Below, one piece after another: positions 58,939 through 64,000 of a DNA stretch of 64,000 bases. Within the stretch, counting starts at the first letter, position 1; each line of letters opens with the position of its first letter. Source of the stretch: Gammaproteobacteria bacterium (GTDB taxonomy: Bacteria; Pseudomonadota; Gammaproteobacteria; Arenicellales; JAANXG01); the NCBI GenBank assembly GCA_034520625.1, contig JAXHNI010000009.1:609494-673493 (forward strand), written 5' to 3'. The translations under genes were made by a program, and so were the position numbers. The notes beneath the pieces were generated by a model, which was not told where the DNA came from, made no database searches, and was given only the letters and a program-made list of their open reading frames with translations.

Positions 58939-60423
58939 TTACATGCCGTCGAGGACTTCGGCCAGCGTTCGTACCCCGGCGCGGATCTCCTGGGGTGGGA
59001 TGCCGCTGAACCCGAGCACCAGGCCGCGGGTATCGATCGGCTCGATGCAGAAGCGTCCGATGGGTGCCACCGTCACCCCCCGCGCGGCGGCCTTCTCCGC
59101 GACGGCCTCCTCGTCCAGATGCGCCGCGAGCCGGCCGATGGTGTGCAGCCCGGATCGGGTCGGTACGATATCGAGCAGTCCGCGCAGGCGCTCCGAGCCG
59201 GCCTCCAGCAGCACCTGGTGGCGTTCCGCGTAAATGCGCCGCATGCGGCGCAGGTGGGTGGCGAAATGGCCTTCGTTCATGAACTCTGCGACGACTGCCT
59301 GCAGATTCGATGGCACGCTCTGCTGGGTGGCGCTGATCATCTGATCGAAGGTATCAACCAGGGACGGGGGTGAAACGAAATAGCCCAGTCGAAGGGACGG
59401 GAAAAGCGTCTTGCTGAAGGTGCCGACATAGATCACCCGCCCCGATGTGTCGATGCTTTTCAGCGTCGGCAACGGGTGACCCTCGTAGCAGAACTCGCCG
59501 TCGTAGTCGTCTTCGACGATCATGGCGTCCGCTTCGTCGGCGGCGCGCAGCAGCGAGAAGCGCCGCTCGAGACTCAGCATCGTGCTGAGTGGTTGCTGGT
59601 GCGAGGGCGTTACGAAAGCCAGCCGGAAGTGACGCGTGCGGCCCAGGCCTACGTCCACCATCAGACCGTCGTCGTCCACCGGCACCGGAGTCAGCCGTGC
59701 ACCGGCGGTGATCAGGCTGTTGCGGGCCCCGATGGCGCCGGGGTTTTCGAACCACACGACGTCGCCGGGATCGAGCAGCACCGTCGCCGCGAGGTCGAAG
59801 GCCTGCTGCGCGCCGCTGACGACGAAGACCTGACCGGGCTCGCAGCTGATGCCGCGGTTGATGCGCAGGTGGCCGGCGATGGCCTCGCGCAACGGCATGT
59901 ACCCCTGGGGCTCTCCGTAGCCGAGCATCACGTCGAGCCTGGCGCGCCAGTACCGTGCCGCCTGACGCGCCCAGAGATCGAGGGGGAACGCGTCGAAGGC
60001 CGGCAGCGCCGTGGTGAAGGCCCGATGCTCATGCGGCAGGCGTTCGGCGAAATGCTTCGATGCCTCGCTGATGCGCCGCGACACACGCGGTCGGCGGTCG
60101 CGCGCCCCCGTTTCCTTGTCGGCGGACGGACCCGGCGGTTGCCGGTTCTGTCGCATGACCTCGCTGACATAGGTTCCCGCACCGACCCGCGACTCGATCA
60201 GGCCTTCGGCTGTCAGGCGTTCGTAGGCATTGACCACGGTGGTGCGGGAGATACCGAGATCCCGGCCGAGGGTGCGGCTGGCCGGCAGGCGTTCTCCCGG
60301 ATGCAGCCCCCCGGAGAGAATGATGTCGCGCAACCCGCCGTAGAGCTGGCTGCCAATGGGTCGTTCCGCGTCGTGATCGATGCTCAACGTGAGCAGCAGC
60401 GCGCCACCGGTTTGCTTGACCAT
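58939..60423 (-). CDS. MocR/GabR-family transcriptional regulator (GntR HTH + class-I aminotransferase-like domain)
   Basis: 494 aa from ATG 60423 (MVKQTGGALLL...). wHTH RTLGRDLGISRTTVVNAYERLTAEGLI, and a PLP-lysine region YVGTFSKTLFPSLRLGY. The upstream 115 codons of the track ORF are non-coding. Confidence 0.85.
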   Translation of the reverse strand: MVKQTGGALLLTLSIDHDAERPIGSQLYGGLRDIILSGGLHPGERLPASRTLGRDLGISRTTVVNAYERLTAEGLIESRVGAGTYVSEVMRQNRQPPGPSADKETGARDRRPRVSRRISEASKHFAERLPHEHRAFTTALPAFDAFPLDLWARQAARYWRARLDVMLGYGEPQGYMPLREAIAGHLRINRGISCEPGQVFVVSGAQQAFDLAATVLLDPGDVVWFENPGAIGARNSLITAGARLTPVPVDDDGLMVDVGLGRTRHFRLAFVTPSHQQPLSTMLSLERRFSLLRAADEADAMIVEDDYDGEFCYEGHPLPTLKSIDTSGRVIYVGTFSKTLFPSLRLGYFVSPPSLVDTFDQMISATQQSVPSNLQAVVAEFMNEGHFATHLRRMRRIYAERHQVLLEAGSERLRGLLDIVPTRSGLHTIGRLAAHLDEEAVAEKAAARGVTVAPIGRFCIEPIDTRGLVLGFSGIPPQEIRAGVRTLAEVLDGM

Positions 60424-60824
60424 TGATTCTTTACTTTCGAGTCTTCGAGTGGCGTGCCGCGCGCGCCGGAAGCCGGCGGTACCGGGTCGTTGCCGCGAAT
60501 AGATGGCCGGCATTATAAATGGTCTTTCGAATCGATCACAACGGACGTTATCGATAAACCAATCGGTCGGGAAAACCTGTGTTCCCGGGAGCGCTCCCAT
60601 GGGGCCCACCGAAGCGAGTGGCCGGTTCGCGTCACCCGGCACACCAACAGCGTCGACCGACACGCTCCCGATACAGGCCACGGGGCCGTCTGGCCCCGCC
60701 ATGGCCGGAAATGGTCTTTCCGTTAGTTCGTAATGGACCTTACCTGCTGACCAATTGGCGGGCTTCAATGTCCGTTATCGACAACAAGAGTAGTTCCACA
60801 AACCGCCACTGGAGATATTTCGCA

Positions 60825-61907
60825 ATGAACAGACACTCTTCCAAATCAGTCTTCAAGGCGACCTCATGGCGAGGTGTCGCCGTCGCCCTCGCCACGGCTG
60901 GCTTTATCGGTGCGCCTGCCCTGTCCGCCGCGAACGAGCTGACCATCGCTTCATGGGGCGGTTCATACCAGGACGCCCAGAGCAAGGCCCTGTTCCAGCC
61001 CGCCTCCAAGGCCATGGGCATCACCATCAAGGAGGAGACCTACGGCGGCATGTCCGACGTGCGTCTGAAGGTGAACGCCGGCGCCGTGACCTGGGACATC
61101 GTCGCGAGCGGATCCGGCAGCGCCGCGCGGGCCGGTGCCGAGGGCATCCTCGAACCGCTGGACTATGGCGTCATCGACGTGTCGAACTTCTACGAAGGCA
61201 CGTATCAGGAGTACTGCGTCGGCGGTGACGTGTTCTCGACGGTTATGGCTTGGAACACCGAGACCTACAGCGACAACGCACCGCAGAACTGGGCGGACTT
61301 CTGGGATGTCGAGAAGTTTCCGGGCAAGCGCTCTTACCGCAATAAAGTAGCCGGGGCGCTGGAGCCCGCGCTGATGGCGGACGGTGTCCCGCCGGAGCAG
61401 GTTTACGAAGTTCTGGGTACGGAAGAGGGTATCGAACGCGCCATCGACAAGATCCGGGAGCTCAAGCCCCATATCGCCGTCTGGTGGTCGTCCGGCGCCC
61501 AGCACGCCCAGCTCATGAAGGACGGGGAAGTGGACATGATCACCGGTTGGAACGGACGCTTCGACAATGTGAAGAGCGATGGCGCCAAGGTCGCCTATAC
61601 CTATGATCAGGCAATGCTCGACTACGACTGCTACGCCATTCCCAAGGGTGCGCCGAACAAGGACTTGGCCATGAAATTCCTGGCGGAAATCAGCAAGCCG
61701 GAGTATCAGGCCAACCTGCCCGAGTACATCACCTACGGTCCCACCAACGAGGCCGCCTACGATCTCGGTACCATCGACAGTGAAGTCGCGGCTGCCCTGC
61801 CGTCCCATCCGGACAATGTTGCCAAGCAGCTGCCGATCAATCTCGACTGGTACGCGGAATGGGAGATCAAGGCCTCCGAGGCGTACCAGGATATGTTGAC
61901 GGAGTGA
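60825..61907 (+). CDS. ABC transporter periplasmic substrate-binding protein (PotD/PotF-like family 1)
   Basis: 360 aa from ATG 60825 (RBS GGAGA). Signal peptide ...GAPALSA followed by a type-II SBP fold (LTIASWGGSYQDAQ). Confidence 0.8.
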   Translation: MNRHSSKSVFKATSWRGVAVALATAGFIGAPALSAANELTIASWGGSYQDAQSKALFQPASKAMGITIKEETYGGMSDVRLKVNAGAVTWDIVASGSGSAARAGAEGILEPLDYGVIDVSNFYEGTYQEYCVGGDVFSTVMAWNTETYSDNAPQNWADFWDVEKFPGKRSYRNKVAGALEPALMADGVPPEQVYEVLGTEEGIERAIDKIRELKPHIAVWWSSGAQHAQLMKDGEVDMITGWNGRFDNVKSDGAKVAYTYDQAMLDYDCYAIPKGAPNKDLAMKFLAEISKPEYQANLPEYITYGPTNEAAYDLGTIDSEVAAALPSHPDNVAKQLPINLDWYAEWEIKASEAYQDMLTE

Positions 61908-62015
61908 GCACGCTGCTGGAATTCTTGTAGTCCGGCGCTGGGGGGGCGGCGCGCGCATGCGCGTCGCTCCCGCTTTTACGTCGTGCAACCGCTTTCGTCT
62001 ACAACGGGTACCGGC

Positions 62016-63134
62016 ATGAACCAGACCCGCTCCCATACCGCCGCATTGCCCATTACGATCCGCCGCCTGACGAAGCGCTACGGACCGCTGTATGCCCTGG
62101 ATCGTGTCGACCTGGATGTGCGCAGCGGCGAGTTTCTGACACTGCTCGGACCTTCCGGATCCGGTAAAACCACACTCTTGATGGCACTGGCCGGATTTAC
62201 CCGGCCCGATGACGGCAGCATTCGCTTCGGGACGGAGGAGGTGATTCGCAGGCCGCCGCACAAGCGGGACGTGGGGATGGTGTTCCAGAACTACGCCCTG
62301 TTTCCCCACATGAATGTCCAAGCCAATATCAGCTTCCCCCTGCGCCTGCGCAAAGTACCGGCGCGCGATATCGACGAACGTGTGCGCGAAGCGCTGGCCC
62401 GGGTGCAGCTCGAAGGCCTGGGAGAACGGCGCATCGACCAGCTCTCGGGCGGCCAGCGCCAGCGCGTGGCACTGGCGCGGGCCATCGTATTCGAACCGCG
62501 GGTGCTGCTCATGGACGAGCCGCTGTCCGCGCTCGACAAGAAGCTGCGCGAGCACATGCAGATCGAGCTGCGCCGGCTGCACGAGAGTCTCGGCATGACC
62601 ACCGTGTACGTCACCCATGACCAGCGCGAGGCCCTGACCATGTCGGACCGGGTCGCGGTCATCAACTTCGGACGGGTGATGCAGCTCGACACCCCGCGGA
62701 AAATCTACGACCTGCCCGCGAACAAATTCGTTGCCGACTTCATCGGTGAATCGACATTCCTGCCCGTCGAAGCTTCCAGCGGCAAGGCCTGGTGCCAGGG
62801 CCGGGAGCTGTTGCTGGCCGATTCAGTTTCCGTGGGCGGCACCGGCCGGCAACTGCTGATGTTGCGGCCCGAGCGGTTGAAGCTTTTGCCGGATGAGGAC
62901 GCCGCCGATGACATGAACGTCTTCCGCGGCACGGTGGCGCAGATCGCCTTTCAGGGTGAAAGCATGCTGGTGGTGGTCCGCCTCGAGGACGGCACGGAGG
63001 TCGGCGTGCGCGGCGTTACCCGGCAGCAGGAGATGGCCGCGGTGCCCGAGGTGGGCGGACACGCGGTCCTCGGCCTGGACCGGCGCGATACCGTCCTCAT
63101 CCCGGACGATGACGACGCCGGCGGCGGACGATAA
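62016..63134 (+). CDS. ABC transporter ATP-binding protein (PotA/MalK-like with C-terminal TOBE-type domain)
   Basis: Starts at ATG 62016. Walker A GPSGSGKTT, signature LSGGQRQRVALARA, Walker B LLMDEPLSALD. Confidence 0.9.
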   Translation: MNQTRSHTAALPITIRRLTKRYGPLYALDRVDLDVRSGEFLTLLGPSGSGKTTLLMALAGFTRPDDGSIRFGTEEVIRRPPHKRDVGMVFQNYALFPHMNVQANISFPLRLRKVPARDIDERVREALARVQLEGLGERRIDQLSGGQRQRVALARAIVFEPRVLLMDEPLSALDKKLREHMQIELRRLHESLGMTTVYVTHDQREALTMSDRVAVINFGRVMQLDTPRKIYDLPANKFVADFIGESTFLPVEASSGKAWCQGRELLLADSVSVGGTGRQLLMLRPERLKLLPDEDAADDMNVFRGTVAQIAFQGESMLVVVRLEDGTEVGVRGVTRQQEMAAVPEVGGHAVLGLDRRDTVLIPDDDDAGGGR

Positions 63135-64000
63135 TGCCCCGCGTGCTCGACGAGCCCCTGCCCGGGTGCCATGCTGCCGCCCTGCGGGCGGATGCGTTCC
63201 GGGAGCGGCTGATGCTGTTCGGGCTGTGCCTGCCGGCGATTGTGCTGGTGGTGGTGGTGATGATGCTGCCCGTGGGCTGGCTCCTGTGGCTGTCGTTCCT
63301 CAACGATGACGGCGGTTTTACACTGGAGCACTACCAGCGCCTGGTCGACAGCAAATCCTACGCCCGGGTTTTCATCACCACGTTTCAGGTGAGCATTGTT
63401 ACGACGGTCGTCTGCGTATTGATCGGCTATCCGCTCGCCTATTTCCTGGCACAGCTTCCGGTGCGCGTCGCCAACGTGTGCCTGATCACCGTGCTGCTGC
63501 CGTTCTGGACCTCGCTGCTGGTGCGGACATACGCCTGGCTGGTCCTGCTGCAGCGGGAAGGGTTGATCAACACCTGGGGCATGGAGCTTGGGTTGTGGGC
63601 CGAGCCGCTCGCGCTGGTCCACAACATGACCGGTACGCTGATCGGCATGATTCATGTCATGCTGCCGTTCCTCGTCCTGCCGCTGTACGGCTCGATGCGT
63701 GCGATCGACCCCGACTACGTCAAGGCCGCGGCCAATCTCGGGGCCGGGCCGTCCCAGGCGTTCCGTCAGGTGTACCTGCCGCTGTCGCTGCCGGGCCTGT
63801 TCGCCGGCGCCCTGATCGTGTTCATCCTCTGCCTCGGGTTCTTCGTCACACCGGCGGTGCTCGGCGGCGGCAAGGTGGTGCTGGTTTCCATGCGCATTGC
63901 CACCAATATCGAGCTGTTCTTCAACTGGGGGGCGTCCAGCGCCCTGGGTGTCGTGCTGCTGGTGCTGACCCTGGGCATCCTCTGGATCTCGGCGCGTCTG
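63134..64000 (+). CDS. ABC transporter permease (PotB-like), 3' end off window
   Basis: Not in the supplied ORF track because it runs off the window. ATG 63134 overlaps the preceding TAA (TAATG). The translation MPRVLDEP...LPVGWLLWLSF...TVLLPFWTSLLVRTYAW...AAANLGAGPSQAFRQVYLPLSLPG shows the EAA-loop permease signature. Confidence 0.85.
   Translation, partial: MPRVLDEPLPGCHAAALRADAFRERLMLFGLCLPAIVLVVVVMMLPVGWLLWLSFLNDDGGFTLEHYQRLVDSKSYARVFITTFQVSIVTTVVCVLIGYPLAYFLAQLPVRVANVCLITVLLPFWTSLLVRTYAWLVLLQREGLINTWGMELGLWAEPLALVHNMTGTLIGMIHVMLPFLVLPLYGSMRAIDPDYVKAAANLGAGPSQAFRQVYLPLSLPGLFAGALIVFILCLGFFVTPAVLGGGKVVLVSMRIATNIELFFNWGASSALGVVLLVLTLGILWISARL

Noticed and set aside
60454-60733. 90-aa and 76-aa ORFs in the MocR/ABC intergenic region
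   Set aside because: Their composition is Arg/His/Gly-rich and they have no RBS. The similarity between them reflects only the duplicated DNA motif read in different frames.

Overview
High-GC (about 65%) gammaproteobacterial chromosome segment, read by eye only (no searches run; all family names come from motif and synteny recognition). It is almost all core housekeeping and is strongly syntenic with E. coli and Pseudomonas. I support 69 protein genes, 1 tRNA, several promoters and terminators, and two repeat families. Gene order: corC-lnt; a PLP enzyme and a Zn-ADH; mgtE; the minus-strand block yrbG-kdsD-kdsC-lptC-lptA-lptB-rpoN-hpf-ptsN-rapZ-npr-EI; divergent mlaFEDCB, then an ABC-2 transporter, ibaG, grxD and murA; hisGDC, hisB, hisHAF, hisI, hisE; tatABC; rep; petABC; sspAB; hslVU; two hsp20; argB; a 4-gene minus-strand cluster (EncFtn-like, UMF1 MFS, LpxD-like, DUF374 acyltransferase); a small ORF plus a BacNaV sodium channel; a PA2779/PA2778-type pair; tRNA-Arg(CCG); a second CaCA exchanger; a GltD-like flavoprotein plus korAB; degP with an OmpR-type regulator and histidine kinase; and a MocR regulator divergent from a PotD/A/B-like ABC importer that runs off the 3' edge. 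No CRISPR, transposase, integrase, phage or recognisable defence genes are present. The most interesting signal is not a gene: it is a family of four nested-palindrome, MITE-like elements (two are exactly 295 bp). They have terminal inverted repeats, TA flanks and a 29-bp inner stem with covarying substitutions around a 27-nt invariant core. They are inserted exactly into the TA of the stop codons of mlaB, hisB and hisF. Secondary leads are the EncFtn-MFS-LpxD-DUF374 cluster with an orphan encapsulated-ferritin homologue, the three-gene 2-oxoglutarate oxidoreductase module, the PA2779/PA2778 pair, a second small REP family, and a recurrent extended -10 promoter motif TGCTAnAATCGC. Many long antisense ORFs in the track are high-GC shadow ORFs and were rejected.
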